A stretch of 64,000 bases of DNA from the human T2T-CHM13v2.0 reference genome, Homo sapiens: NCBI RefSeq assembly GCF_009914755.1, contig NC_060931.1; one strand, given 5' to 3'. Position numbers and translations under genes: made by a program. A model generated the notes under the pieces. The model did no database searches. It had not been told where the DNA came from and was given only the letters and a program-made list of their open reading frames with translations. Shown in pieces: positions 1 through 14,768 of the stretch. Position 1 is the stretch's first letter, and every line of letters starts with the position of its first letter.

Positions 1-724
1 CAAGAATCTGGCAACAAAGATTTTTCTTTTGCTTCATCATGGTACTTCCCAAAGAGTGTTTAATCTATACCAAAAGAATAGTACTCATCTAATAATAGGA
101 CAAAGTAATTTATTTTCAAAGCTATTTGCAAGGAAAGCATGTTCCTTCAGTGTTTCCCAACAGGGGGGAGCTGGATTTGTCCTGCGTTTCCAGACACTGT
201 CTCTCACTTTGTCCCCTTGTGAGACTAGGGGTGAAATACGGAGAAACAGATGAAGAACTGGTGGTCACAATGGAGGCTGTGATATGAGCTCATGGATTTC
301 AAGAAAAGTAACAGAGCTATAATAGAATCAGACACAGAACTCCTCCTGGATATTATAATTATAAAGTTGGTGACTGAGCCAACCTACATGCCAGAGCCAA
401 GGATGCTAGTAGCATTTATAGTGTCATGCTTTTGCACTACGTTCTGTCAGAAAGTAATAAAGTGCTTTATCCAGTGCGTGTTTGATATTAGCCAATCACA
501 GATGACTAAGATTCTTTCAGGCATTTTGAGTAAACTTACACTACGGGAAATACGATGGATAATAAATAGCCTGATACAGTGGGTCTGAAAACCTTGATTC
601 CACCTCTGCATTTCACATTTACTAGACATGTAACGTTGCTCAAAGAATAGACCTTTCTCGGATTCTGTTTCCTCATCTTAAAAAAAGAAAAAAATCTGAC
701 ATTAGATTATAAGGGGTCCCTACT

Positions 725-896
725 AGTTTTTGTGAATAAAGGTTTACTAGAACACAGCCATCCCATTTGTTTACATATTGTCTGTGCCAGTTTTTGAGCT
801 ACAATATGAGCTGAGTAGTTGCAACAGAGACTTCATAACCCACCAAGCATGAAACATTTACATAAGGCCTTTTACAGAACAATTCAGCTGACCACT
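725..896 (+). mobile_element. MER58A hAT-Charlie MITE, apparently inserted in a MIR remnant
   Basis: gtttttgtgaataaaggtttactagaacacagccatcccatttgtttacatattgtct...gctgagtagttgcaacagagac...ctgaccactg follows the recalled MER58A consensus; MIR-like sequence on both sides. Confidence 0.85.
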
Positions 897-1509
897 GGAT
901 TAAGTGATCACTGAGGACACCGTCACACTTTGTATGTGTCTAACTCCAGGAAAGGAGAGTGAGAAAGGGAAGAAGGTGTGGTCAGAGTTATAAATCTGAA
1001 TAAAATACCCAGAGCCCACCTTGCAAGCAATCCGCAAGTCGATCGTCCTAACAGTGAAAGATGCAGCACCCTCTACTGGCCAGGAGGACTTTTTGCATGT
1101 AATATGGGCTGCAGGATACAGAGAAAGGTAAAAGCTTTGTGCAGGTGTGTCAGATCGTTAAGACTCGTGTTCAATATGATGGCCACTGCAAAGCAGCAGG
1201 GAAGTTTCTGTTTGCCCCTGATGACTTTGAATTCATAAAGCACATGCTTTAAGTAGAGAAACGTGGGGAACTTGGGTCCTCCAGCTAGAGTGTAAAGCTT
1301 CTTGGGAGAGAAGTAAGACTGAGAGGACAGGGAAAGCATGCTGAAAAGGACTTAATCATGGCGAGTGAAGCCAAAGCTAATAAACAGTGCTGGATGGGTT
1401 CTCATGGCCTCAGACAGTGGGTGAGGATGGTTATTGTTGCAATTGCAGTAAATCATACTAATCCCAATGCCAAAAGCCACTTTGAATGATGAAGTGAAGC
1501 AGCCTGCGA

Positions 1510-1528
1510 TGGCGACCAGGAGGCTCTG
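1510..1528 (+). promoter_or_regulatory. CTCF-like motif in a locally GC/CpG-richer block
   Basis: TGGCGACCAGGAGGCTCTG versus consensus TGGCCACCAGGGGGCGCTA; motif match only. Confidence 0.5.
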
Positions 1529-2694
1529 TGTTGCTGCCCCAGCCGGGTGGGGCTGCTGTCAGCCCTCGCAGGCGAGCTCTGGATCCTGTCTTAGGGGCCC
1601 AACTCTGCCTTCAGAGGAGACTTGCAGAACTGGCAGATTTCAGTTTGGTTTGGAGTTTTGTTGTGTGTGTCTTGGCAGGAGGCGACCCTCCTCCATCCAC
1701 AGAGCGCCCCGGATTAATGGCTAAAGTAACACCTACTGGCGGGACCAACCCAGGCTCAGAGCAGGCTTTCCGCTGTTGATTCACGACTCCTCTTGACTCA
1801 CAGCCTCATTCCGTTTTGTTGGCTGTTTGAGGCTCCTGCCCTAACGTCCAAACTTCGTGATATGAAAAACACCCTGAAGAGTAGGTGTGCTTTCCTTCCC
1901 AGCATGGAGCACGTGCTCTGTGGTGGGGAAACCTTGTGGGGAAACAAGAGGACAAGTTGTTTTGCACAGTAGTGAATCTCAGGGCAAAAAATAAAATTAG
2001 CTTTAACTCACGAAGTTTTGACCTGGGTGCTTTCTTTCTTAAGTTGCCTTGAACATCTGCTCACAATATTGGGGAATGGTTGAAATGAGGTCCTAGGCAC
2101 CCAAATCCAAATGAAGACTTGGGTTTGTTCCTTTCAGCGCCAATGAATTGAAGTGAGAGTTGCCACAACCTCGATGTGTTTGCTTCTCCTCCATGATAAA
2201 TCTTTTTGGGAATAAAGTTGGATATGGAAACCTATGACTATATGTTTGTTTACTTATATATATTTTGCCCTTTCTCTGAACCCAAATTGTGCCAAAATAT
2301 TCTATTTTCTTCTACTTGGTAGAAGGGTGGAGATATTTATTTCATCCCAATCTCCCTTGGGAATCTAAAGAAAATAAAAATGTTTCCTGAACATTTTTAA
2401 AATGGGTTAATTTACCTTGGAATGTGGCAATTACACTCTGCTACATATAAAGCATTTATTTATACCATTGGCGGACATTGAATAATGTGAATTTTCTTCA
2501 TTTTTGAAAGCTATAATCCCCAAACCAAAGGAATGGTGTGCAGCATCTGTTGAATTTTCTTAGTCCTTCCATTACAATGACGCTAAAAAACAGAAGAAAT
2601 AGGAATGAAAAATGAACTGAATTTCAGGTAAAGTAAACAATAAGTTCCCACTATGCAAAAGGCATGCAAAATGGAACTGCCAGGCACATGACTC

Positions 2695-2697
<3 letters not shown>

Positions 2698-2734
<37 letters not shown>
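2698..2734. repeat. (GT)n microsatellite
   Basis: Uninterrupted GT dinucleotide run seen directly. Confidence 0.98.
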
Positions 2735-2736
<2 letters not shown>

Positions 2737-3869
2737 AAGTATGGGGAACCTGAGTAAGGAACCAGGCCTGGAGTGCAGATGCAGGAGAGAGGGTTCTGGA
2801 GTTCACGACTTTTGGAATGGGAATGATTCTATGTCTGCTAGAGCTCTTTTGTGGCTTGTGCTTGCTTGCCTATGTAAGGGCAATAGCCATCACCTATGAG
2901 TTTTTAGGCAGAAAATCTGACCTGGTCCTCCTTTGTCCGTGTTAGAGCTGTAGGAAAAACTGAATGTTGGCACATATGAATGGGGAAAAAATGGACTTGC
3001 ATGCTGGGTCCCTGAGAAGACAAAGGCAATGAGATCCACTTAGGCCAACCCTTCCCCACCACCTCTTACCTGTCTTGGCCAAGGGCACTAGGCACTGAAA
3101 GGTACTCCATGTTCCCAAATGAATAGTTGCCTGATAAGTTGCTTGATTATCCTGTAGTCTGGGCAACATTTTTTATTCCTGCAGTAACTTAATTCAACTG
3201 ATATTTCCCCTTCGTGGGTCACCTTAAAGCAAAGATCTCAAAGACGTTAAAATCACCAACTAAAGTTCATTATTTTCCAAGTGACCAGACCTCAAAGAAA
3301 GAGACTTGTTTTCATCTCGCCTTCTCACCCTCCATGAGTAGTAGCTGTATATGGATTATGGGAATTCCCATGGAATCACCGTTCTGAAAGGAGAATCTAG
3401 CTGGAGCTGTGACCTTGGCATTGGAATTCATTTCAAAATTGACACTCCAGGGAAACTTTCCATATGCCGCACCTCCAAGGCACAGTGCACACTTCTAAAA
3501 GTCTCAAAGACATTATTTATAACAGTGTCTGACAAATGGTGGCACTGCACCAAAACGTGTAGTGTGGATTTTCCTCTTGTTGGCTATATTTGCAATTTTG
3601 AGCCTCCCAGGCACATGGCAAAGTCTTACTTTCTATGTGAGCCAAGAAATTTCATCAAGCTGATACTGCCTGAAGGGATGGAGAATTGAGGACCTTGTTT
3701 GCACTAGTAGGTGGTCGATACATAGTTATTCAATAAAATATTTTTGCTTTTAAATAGAAGTTGAGTTTATAGTGAGGTGTTGTTTTAAGAGAAGTAAAGT
3801 GACTTGCAGAGAGGTCCACTGTCTTTAGTTAGCTCTTTAAAATTAAGCAGTACTTTATCAAGTTGACAT

Positions 3870-4390
3870 TAAAAAAAATAGTATCTGATATTGGCGAGGG
3901 GTTGGGAATGGACATACTGCTTCTACATTGCCAGTATGAGTGCAAATTGTTAAGGGCTTTTGAGTAAAAGTATTTGTGTACTGTAATAAAGTAATACCTC
4001 TTTTAATAATTTATCCTAAGGATGTAATCAGTGATACAAATATAATTACATATATAAGGATTTTCATAACATCATTCTAAAAATGAAAAAAATGGAAATA
4101 ATAAAATGTCCAATAGAAGGGGTAGTTAAGTAAATTATCACATAGATATTCTGCAAACATAAAAACAATTTTTGAAGACTACTGAGTGTCAAAAAGGATT
4201 GTTACCCCAATATAATGTTAAGTGAAATAAAAAGCAGGGAATGAAACTAGAATTAATGAAATAATTTTAGTAAATAATATCTGTAGGAAAAGGATTAAAA
4301 GGACATAATTACCAATATATGTTGGTTTATATCTGGCTGGTAAGATCACAGAAATTTTTCTTTACTCATCGTGTTTTCAACAACAAACAT
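3870..4390 (+). mobile_element. Old L1M (L1ME-like) 3' fragment
   Basis: A-rich; tattggcgaggggttggg...acattgccagtatgagtgcaaattg, aaatgtccaatagaaggggtagttaagtaaattat and tataatgttaagtgaaa resemble L1M 3' UTR. Confidence 0.7.
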
Positions 4391-5039
4391 AGCATTTTAA
4401 ATTAACACTTATAATTAACTCATAATTCAAAAATTCCTAAATGTACTTTTTGTTTGAAGAACTAAGAAATTTATTAAAGGATATAAACAAAAGTAACTTT
4501 ATTTATTTGACCAGGCCCTGTTTTATCCATGAAAGCTGAGGCCTCTTATAAGAAATACATATGGTAAAATGATGAAACATAATTTAAAAAATCAGGATTG
4601 AAGAAAACATAAATTTGAATGCAATACCAAGACTAAAAGGTAAAAATAGAACCCAGACCTATAGTCCATAAAGGCATACCTAATTGCATTAATTGGTCCA
4701 TAAATTGGATGATGGTTCCTAGTGGCTGAAGCAAAGAGGGAAAGCCACTGAGCAGTGGGTATGATTTTTGCTGTGCCTGAGTAGTAAAAATTTCCTTAGA
4801 GGAAGCAAAGTTTTTCAGCCCCCAGCTTGAGAGGCATTAATGTGGGACTTTATCTGTGAAATGAGGTGAACAGATTCCTTGGCAATTTCCCTATTGCAGA
4901 AGTTTTGATAAGACTGTTTTTGTAGCACCCATCAATGAAAGTCAATGGTGGGTCTTAAAACATGATTTAGTGAGTAATTGTATGGGGCCTGTCCTACTTT
5001 GGGTTCTTCCTAAAACAGAGCCCAAGACGAGGACTTATG

Positions 5040-5563
5040 TAATCACTTCCCCTTGAGAGTAGGGTGGCTTAGTGACTTGCTTTTTAAGAAACAGAATATG
5101 GCACAGATGATGGGATAGCAATTCCATGACTATAGTCCAAGAAATTGCTGACTTTTGTCTTGTTGGCAAACTCTGTCCCTTGCTGGTTTTGATGAAATAA
5201 GTTGCCATGTTAGGAATGCCCACATGGCAAGGAACTGAGGGCAGACTCCAATCCAAAACCAGCTAGAAACTGAGGCCCTCAGTCCAGCAGCTCAAAGGAA
5301 CTGAATCTTGCTAACAACTGTGTAAGTAAGCTTGGAAGCAGATCCTTCTCCAGATGAGCATTCAGATAAGACCCAGCCCTACGTGATAAGTTGAGTGTAC
5401 CTGATAAGTTGATTGTAGCTTCATGAGAAACCATAAACCAGAGGACCTGGCTAAGCCAGGACTGAAATTCTGATCCACAGAAGCTATGAGATAATAAACA
5501 TGTGTTGTTTTAAATCACCAATGTTGTGGTAATTTGTTATGCAGAAATAGATAATTAAATACA
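5040..5563 (+). mobile_element. MaLR LTR, MLT1E/F type
   Basis: aggaactgagg...gaggccctcagtcc...aggaactgaatcttgctaacaac...gcttggaagcagatcc and terminal gtaatttgttatgcagaaatagataattaaataca. Confidence 0.85.
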
Positions 5564-5639
5564 GTCATATTCCTAAGATCCTGGGACTTGCTGACTAAAT
5601 CCACAACCCACACTATCAGTTACTTCCCTGCTAGCTCTG

Positions 5640-5887
5640 AATTTACCTCCTTTAGGAAGTTTTTCTTAACTACCCTAGATATAATGAACTCGGTTTGTGA
5701 CCTTTATCACTGTTAATGTCTTATTTAAGCACTTTCCATATTGAATCGTAATTTTCTGCTTACTTATCTATCTCCTATTAGACAGTGAACACTTCAGGGA
5801 CAGGGACTGATTCATCTCTGTAATGCTGGCACCTAGCCCAGACCTGACACTCGGGTTCTTTGGAAATATTTATTGAGTAATGAATAA
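5640..5887 (+). mobile_element. L2 3' end fragment
   Basis: attagacagtgaacacttcagggacagggac...cctagcccagacctgacac...aaatatttattgagtaatgaat is the typical L2 terminus. Confidence 0.75.
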
Positions 5888-6329
5888 TTAATTGTTTTGT
5901 GAGACAATGTAAACATACCAACAACTCAATTCTAAAGATGTTTATTGATGTATGCAATGTGGCAGCTGTTGGGCCAGGTGCCAGGGACTCAAACTTAAGC
6001 AAATCACTATTTCCTACCTTAAAGTTGCCAGAGCCTAGAAGAGGAGTCAGGCACGCAAAAAACTGACAACACAGAACAGTAAGCAATATCAGAGAGGTGT
6101 GGAGTTGAACCATATAAATTGGCTATTAGTGTAGGTCAGAAACCATTGAATAAGGGCAATGTCCTATGATTCAGCCTATTAAAGATTCTGCTGCCAGGAC
6201 ACAAGGTAGAATGATTAGTGAATCTGATACGGTCTTGATCTGTAAGGGTTTTAATTCTAAGGCTTGGAAAAATGACAAAGACATTGAAATCCTTAGCAGA
6301 CGGTAGAGGATACCTTGGACAGATAAGCC

Positions 6330-6790
6330 AGAGCAGATAATCCAGGCACAGCTTGGCTGGGTCATTTCCCACAGGCTGCAAGCACAGTGCCAGCTGGGGC
6401 TGCAGTCCTCCTGAGGTAAGACTGGGGCAGGATGCACTTCCAAGCTCACACACATGGCTGTTGGCAGGATTCATTTTCTCACAGACTGTTGGACTTAGGG
6501 CCTTGGTTCCTTGATGGCTTTTGGATGAAGACCACCCCCATCTTTGCCATGTGGGTCTCTCCATTGGGCGGCCTGCTTCATGGCAGCTGAATTCCATCAG
6601 AGCAACAAGTGAGAAAGCAGGAGGGAAGTCACAGCCCTTTATGACCTAATTTTGGCAATAACATCTTGTCACCTTTGCAATGTTCTATTTGGTAAGTTTT
6701 GAAGCAAGTCAAGTCACATTGAATGTAGGTCCAGCCACAATCAAGGGTGGGGGGCATTATTGGAAGCCATCTCAGAAGTTCCCTGCCACA
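6330..6790 (-). mobile_element. MaLR LTR, MLT1E/F type
   Basis: cttccaagctcacacacatggctgttggcaggattcattttctcacagactgttggacttagggcc is the reverse complement of the MLT1E/F core; ends ctgccaca. Confidence 0.85.
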
Positions 6791-7204
6791 GCAAGCAATT
6801 TCCAGACTCTACCAGGGACTTCTATCTTTGTGGTGAGAATCTCCTGTTCCCTGAGTTTTGCTAATCTTCTGCTAGACCATAACGAAATGTTCTGGTAAGC
6901 AGGGAAGGGGACAAAAGGATTACAGTCAGAAGAATAATCACTGATTAATACCCAGTCGTGTGCTCAGAGTTATATCATGACAGAAGGGAAAGAAACTCCA
7001 AAGAGCATGAAGTCAGTACCCCTTCTACCTTCCCAGCCCATTTACAGATGAGGGAAGGAAAAGCCCTGGCTGTTCCAATGAAGTCAGCACTTTCATAATC
7101 ATAAGACAGCAGTGAATTAGGATGCAGTTCACGTTGTGTGAACTGAGTCGTGGTGCCCACCATTGAGTTATGCTACTCAAGGGGCTCAGGAGTAGCTTAT
7201 GCTA

Positions 7205-7590
7205 CTCCTGGGAGCACATGCTCAGCTCTGGGCCACCAGTTTTAAAAGACACTCGGGATTACCTGAAGAGGACCAGCCAGGATTTAGAGAAGCCTGGACT
7301 CCACATGAGAAGAGAAGCAGTAGGAAGGATTGGGGTCTCTTGCATGTGGAAGAGGAGACTAGAAGGGAACATGAAAACCATTTTAATCAGTCTAGGAACA
7401 AGTGGACTTCCTCTGTCTAGCTTTGGGAGACAAGAACTAGGGAGAGAGAAGAAGCTGTCAGGGCAGTGGTGGCTGATTTCAAGGCCCCTCTCTCACTAGA
7501 GGTGTGTGAGCTGAGTGAGGCTGGGTTATGTGGAATGATGTTCGTGCTTTCTTGGTTAAGTAAGAGCACCCTAACTCTAGCAATCTTGAG
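7205..7590 (+). mobile_element. L3/CR1 LINE 3' fragment (RT C-terminus remnant)
   Basis: Frames give LGAHAQLWATSFKR (CR1 LEYCVQFWAPHFKK) and KRRLEGNMKTIL (CR1 KRRLRGDMIxVF); downstream tcactagaggtgtgtgag...aggctgg matches the L3 3' end. Confidence 0.75.
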
Positions 7591-7989
7591 CCCAAGTGGC
7601 TCCCACAACTGAGCACGGGGAGAACAGAGACACTGGGAATGGCCTCAGTGTTCTCCACTCACCTGTCTTCTCTGACCCTGTATGCAGAGCCTAGAGGTGG
7701 GATTTTCCATGAGGTGGGATTCAGGAATGTCGACAGATATGGGCTCACATCTTAACAGCCTTATAGTCAGGTAGGAAGGCTGTTTCTAAGTTCCTGTCCA
7801 AAAATCCAAAAATTAACTAAATGTCTGCCATACACTGGACACAGGCCAAGACACAGGATGCATCAGTGAGCAAAACAAACATCCATGTCCACGTGGAAGT
7901 GACATTCTCGAGGAACTGGCCTAGGGAGATTTAGATACCCATCCCACCTTCAAGTACCTCTCTGGTCCATCCTTTGCACCCTGGGAACC

Positions 7990-8780
7990 TCTGACCATGT
8001 GCCTGCCTGTCCTTGCTCAAAAACTTGCTTGGTTGTACTTTCTTAGAGTATCTCATTCAAAATCCCCAATATGGTAGTCAGGGCCCTCTACAATTGGGCT
8101 CCAATTTCTCTACTTTCTCCATCATGCACTCAGCTAAAAATAGAAAGGAAAAGAGGCCTTTGTGGTTCCCCAGGCATGTTCTTCACTTTTATACCTCTAT
8201 CCTTTATCAGATTCTTCTTTTAGCTTGGACTCTCCCACTACCATCTCTCCTGGAAAGTTTAACTTTCTCTTAAGCTCTATCTCAAATACTTATCTCTTCT
8301 ACGAAGCCTTTCCCAATTTCTCTGCATCTTCTGTCATCCTTTTCCTCCCCTTCCCTGTCTGTACATAGTTTATTTCCCCTGCCAAGGTCTAACTCATTTT
8401 GTGTGCTCTGTAATACATAGTAGGGCTAGGCTCATCGTGTCCCTACCATTGCTCATGCTGTTCCCTTAGAAGCATCAACCCTTCCCTTCCATTCCTACTT
8501 GCAGAAAGACAACTCCTTCTTCACCTTCCATTTACTCCCTGCTCCTCCTCACCATGCAGCATTCAATCCTCTACAGATGGAATTATATATCTTAGTACAT
8601 CTCCCTTTGTCATTGAATGTTCTGAGTACGACTAATCTTCCTGTTTGATTATAAGCTATTTGAGGGCAGGAGCCTCCTCTTTTCAGTAAAAAAAAAAAAA
8701 AAAAAAAAGTCTCCAAAGTGTGAAGCCCAGTCCTTTGCACATGGCACTCAGTTAACAAAATGTGTATTGGCTTGATTGCA
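7990..8780 (+). mobile_element. Fragmented L2, with an A-tract at 8688-8708 inside its 3' end
   Basis: gctcaaaaactt, agggccctctacaattggg, gattataagctatttgagggcagga and gcacatggcactcag are L2 3' motifs. Confidence 0.6.
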
Positions 8781-8898
8781 ATTAGGTTGAATGTAAAACC
8801 CTTAAGACCTGTGCTTTCTGTGGGTCATGGGTCCAATGTGAATACTTAGAGAATGTTGAATCACACTAACATAATACAGATAATTTTGTTTGTTATAA

Positions 8899-9285
<387 letters not shown>

Positions 9286-9598
9286 TAGCTTGCTCATGCA
9301 ACAGGAAGGTGAGGGCATAGCACCGGTGTTGGCTTTTTGAGAGATAACTGAGGGGCTGAGGAAAGAATGAAACTGAGCCTATGCCGAGATGTCCTTGATC
9401 CTGTGACAGAGTTCTGTCCCTTTTCTGCAACTCTTTCGGTCAAGCAATATGGTCTATAAAAGGCTTTTAGATTGGCCAAGCTTTTTGGGTGGCCCTGAGC
9501 TAAAGCAATGAGTGAGCCTCTCATTCATTCACCCCACAAATAGTTATTGAACCCTTACTCAGCATCAACCACTGTGTGAGATCCTGGGGGTGCAGTGG

Positions 9599-9709
9599 TG
9601 TTATGGGTTGAATTGTGTCTCCCTTAAAAATATATGTTGGAGTTTTAGGCCCCAGTACCTCAGAATGTGACTGTATTTGGAGATGGGCTTCCCTACAGAG
9701 GTAATTTAA
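9599..9709 (+). mobile_element. MLT1 (B/C-like) LTR 5' fragment adjacent to an L2 remnant
   Basis: tgttatgggttgaattgtgtctccc...cctcagaatgtgactgtatttggagat. Confidence 0.8.
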
Positions 9710-11165
9710 ACAACCAAAAAAGTCTATTCCAGGCAGTCTTACACTGGCAGACAAATGTGTAGTAGGTTTAATCTGGGTCTTTTTTATTTGTTTCTCTTGC
9801 AATTCCCTACCTAGTTCTTAAGTAATTACCTGACAGGCAAAGGGGCTGTAATGCCTCTTTATGTAGGCCTGAACTTTCTTTAAAAAACTGATTATGGAAG
9901 GCTAATAAATTAAGATCTTTAACATAAAGTGAGGTGACATTTAAAGCAAAATAAAAGTTATTTAGGATTTTCACATTTGGAAGGAGGAATAACTGCGTTA
10001 AGAAGATGAACCTGGAGGTGAATTCAGCAACTGGCAACATGAGAGACTATTCTCTTCCCCCATGACAGTACTTGGCAGCCCAATCGTTGCAGAGCAGAAG
10101 CCGTTCTTTTAGAAGGTTTCAGAAGCCATCTTGGTTATCTAGTTGAAAAATCACAGTGTTGATAGTTGATTCAGTTGGCATATGAGTCATCTTATATTAG
10201 GCCTTTTAAAACTCAACACCCGAAATCTTGGATGCTCAAATTTCAGCTGGATTGACCTTCAAAATCTGGGAAATGTGTCAAATGGTGTTAGCAAGCCAAA
10301 AGTCTCACTTTTGTTTTGGTTTCCTACGTGCTCCTCTGAATGGACACAGCTTAGAGGCACGGAGGGCCTTTGCCGTGTGGGCCTGGGTCATTGAGATCTG
10401 ATCTGTCCGTTACACTGGGTTGTCTAGACGTAGGTGTCGTTCTGGATTGCCTCCAAGGTCATGCAGAGCAAGGGCGGCCAAGTAGGAACAAACCGAACAC
10501 GCCCTCATTCTGAAGCTGGGAGAGCTCAGCCTGACCTGTGAAGCAGGCAAGGAAGCCCCAACTCCAAGTCTTTTGCTTTTCTACACCTAGCACCTTCTGC
10601 TCTGCCAAATTTGTCTGAGTTTGGTGCCTTATTTCTGTCCACTGCAGTGGTAGCCATACTTTCCTCTCATAACCTTCTGTTTGTGGGCTCTCTTCAACCT
10701 TGAAGGCCTGGAACCTTATTTATATTTGAACTCATTTTTACGCACTCTCGTTCAGATTATCTGGGTGATTCCCTGATGCCTGCTGCTGTAAAACTTATAT
10801 CTCATGCCCAGAATAAAAGCATATCACATTGGGAAACATTTCTATTTTGAGGGGGCCAAATGAGGTACCTAGTCATTGATTCTCGCCAACCCTGTCCTGT
10901 ATCCCCAGTGTCTGTGTGACCTCTGATGATTAAGGGTTGTAAAAGAGTCTCCAGTCTGGGAAGGGAAGCTCAGGTCCTTCCCGGGATCCAGGCAGCACAG
11001 GTTTGAGAATAGCTTGGTGGGTGGGTGAAGGAAGGCCATGGAGTCTTGTACATTGTTGGTGTGCTTAAATATGAAGGTGTCAGACTTCTGGTGTTTAAAA
11101 TAAGGTCTTGAGCCTTATAGATGCATCTTGAACAGCAACAAAGGACAGCATGAAACCTGAAGTTA

Positions 11166-11482
<317 letters not shown>

Positions 11483-11487
11483 GTGTT

Positions 11488-12353
<866 letters not shown>

Positions 12354-14659
12354 AAGACACAGGAGTCAGACAGACACATACAGACAGACAAGCACAGGTA
12401 GACACACACAAATGCCCTCTCTACAGTTCACAGGAATGTCGTTTTCTTAGTGTAAACCATTATGCTGGCCATTATTTTATCTTTTTATCATGCTTTGATG
12501 AGTGCAGCTTTATATAGTAGTTCTCTCATGAGAGTCACCTTGACAGGGAATATACATTCTATTATTTTCTTTATCTTGATAGCATCTTATCAGCTTATAT
12601 ATAAATTGTGCTTTGGCCCTCAGGAAGGGATCTCTGTTAATGCAAACATTTTTCAAGCCCTTCAATCCCAAACTCACCTTGTAGATGTTTCCACAGTAGA
12701 GGTCCCCTGGGGCCTCAGACCTAACAGGCCCCCAAACAAATTCAACATCCCCGCTGTCCCAAGCCTCCAGCATATTTACATCTTTCACCATTCACACAGT
12801 TAACCAAATCAGAAACTTGGGACCCTGATCAGCCCTTCCTGCTCCCCTTCCTTCATTAAGCCCTTTCCAATCTGCTTTTGCAGGAGCTTTTGATTTCCCC
12901 ATCCACCGTCACTGCTGGTTCAGGCATTTTCTCTCTGCTCTCCTCCAAATGGACTAGAGCCTCTTTACCCCACCCCTCTAGACCTCCCATTGCATTGCAG
13001 CTGAGGGACAACTTGAAAAGCCAGGCTGGAAGTGCCTGCTGGGTGAGTTGACTCCCTTTGCATGGTTGTTGAAGGGGTGCTGGGGTTTGTGCTTGGATTG
13101 AATGTCTTCATGTATCTGGCACTGGTTTAGAGTGGGGGAACACACAGATGGCTCAGCTGACCTCGTCCCTCACCGCCCTCCTCTATGCCACCTGCTGCAG
13201 CTGCATGACACTCACCAGATGCAGCATTATCCTTTCTAGTCAGTGTGGAGATGACACATCACTCTGTGATTCTCTTGGCTTTAGTTAGCCACTCTCCATG
13301 TGGTACTTCATGGTTGGAAGTGTGTTTAGCTTCACTGTTGCTGAAGCTGGTCCATTTCCACCTGAACCTGTTTTGTTTGGTGCAATTACAGGTTAGCTTA
13401 GATTTGGGGGACTAGGAAGAAGACCTAGTAGGAAGAGAGGAGAAATGGAGGGTATTAGAAACGTTCCATCCAGAGGAATTTGTCAAGGCTAGGAGTAGAT
13501 CTGGAGTTTTCTCAGAGGCCACAGGAGACACCCATTCCAGAAGTCCCTAGAACTGAGAACACAGTTGGCATGGGTGGAAGTTGAAGTCTAAATCTGCACA
13601 TCAGGAAGCTGGAGAGTTGCTAACCAAAAGGTGTCACATGTAGGGATAAAAGCCAGAGTATAGGATCAGAAATCCCGAAACTAAGGGATAAAAGCAACTG
13701 GTAGGAGACCAAGAGTGGCCTGAAAAGGGCATTGTGTGATTGCCCAGGTGGGATATGGGGAGGTGGTGTCAGCCACTGGCTTGTGCCTGTCTGGGAGAGG
13801 GTGCAGGTCAGCTATGATCAAGGTCTGGGGATAGGATATCTCAGACACGTTAGGTCTGACCCCAAGGTCCTAAGGGTCCACTGGGTGAGGGCTGGAAGAG
13901 GGGATATTCAGTTGGGTCAGACTGCTAATCTACTACCTGTATCCTTAGAAAATAAGTTTTCTGAGAATCTTCCCTGAACCCTTCTTAAATCCACTGTTAA
14001 TAAAATATGATTGCCTGCTACAAGGGCTCAGTAGCTTCTCTTGGGAAAAAAGAGAGAATCTGAATGACTATGGTATTTAGCTCGTGCGAATTCCCTAGAG
14101 TTGAATGAAAGAGAAACCTGGAACTGCAGTAATGCTGCTTTTCAGCACATTTTGTTATTCTGTAGACCAAGAACTAGATCTTATCTCCCCAACCATAACC
14201 ATCTATCATATGCATTTCTACATTTTGGATTAGCCATGATAGATGGAGAAGGAGGTAGTGTTGATTCTAAGCACCACATTTAAACAACAGAGTTGTTTCC
14301 TTTCCTTCTATCATTTTCACAACTCTGCTAATTGCATGGTAAATGACTCACTGACATCAGAATGAGCAAGGGTTTCATAGCTGGACAAGATAGACTGGGC
14401 ACAGTGTGGGTGTGGACCTGAACTTCACCCTCCTTGGAGGTAGGGGAAGGAGCCTGGGGAGCCCTCATCCCACTGCACTGAGAAGCCTTAACCATTCAAA
14501 TGGACATGTCCAGCCATTTTGCCCCGGAGGAAATTGGGCCTCCATTTTTCTTGCATGGTTGGGAAGCTTCCTCAGGGGCTTTCAGGGACTTATTTGGCAG
14601 GGGGTGGCGCCCTAGCGAGGGATAAGGGAAATGGCATGACCTGCAGCCATACACTTATG

Positions 14660-14768
14660 CTCTGGGAGAGGAGAGACTGTCCGTCTAGCTCAAAGTTGCA
14701 TCCTAGGGCCTAGCACAGCACTTGGCACATAGTAGGTGCTCAGCTAATACTTGTTGAATAAATGAGTG
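14660..14768 (+). mobile_element. L2 3' terminus
   Basis: cctagcacagcacttggcacatagtaggtgctcag...ttgttgaataaatga. Confidence 0.85.

Noticed and set aside
4450-4980. Possible ancient RTE/L4-like LINE remnant
   Set aside because: Only a vague recalled similarity; not supportable without a Dfam search
6136-6597. 153-aa minus-strand ORF
   Set aside because: Mostly MLT1 LTR sequence
13380-13720. Purine-rich stretch resembling an old Gypsy-type LTR
   Set aside because: No termini or TSD identified
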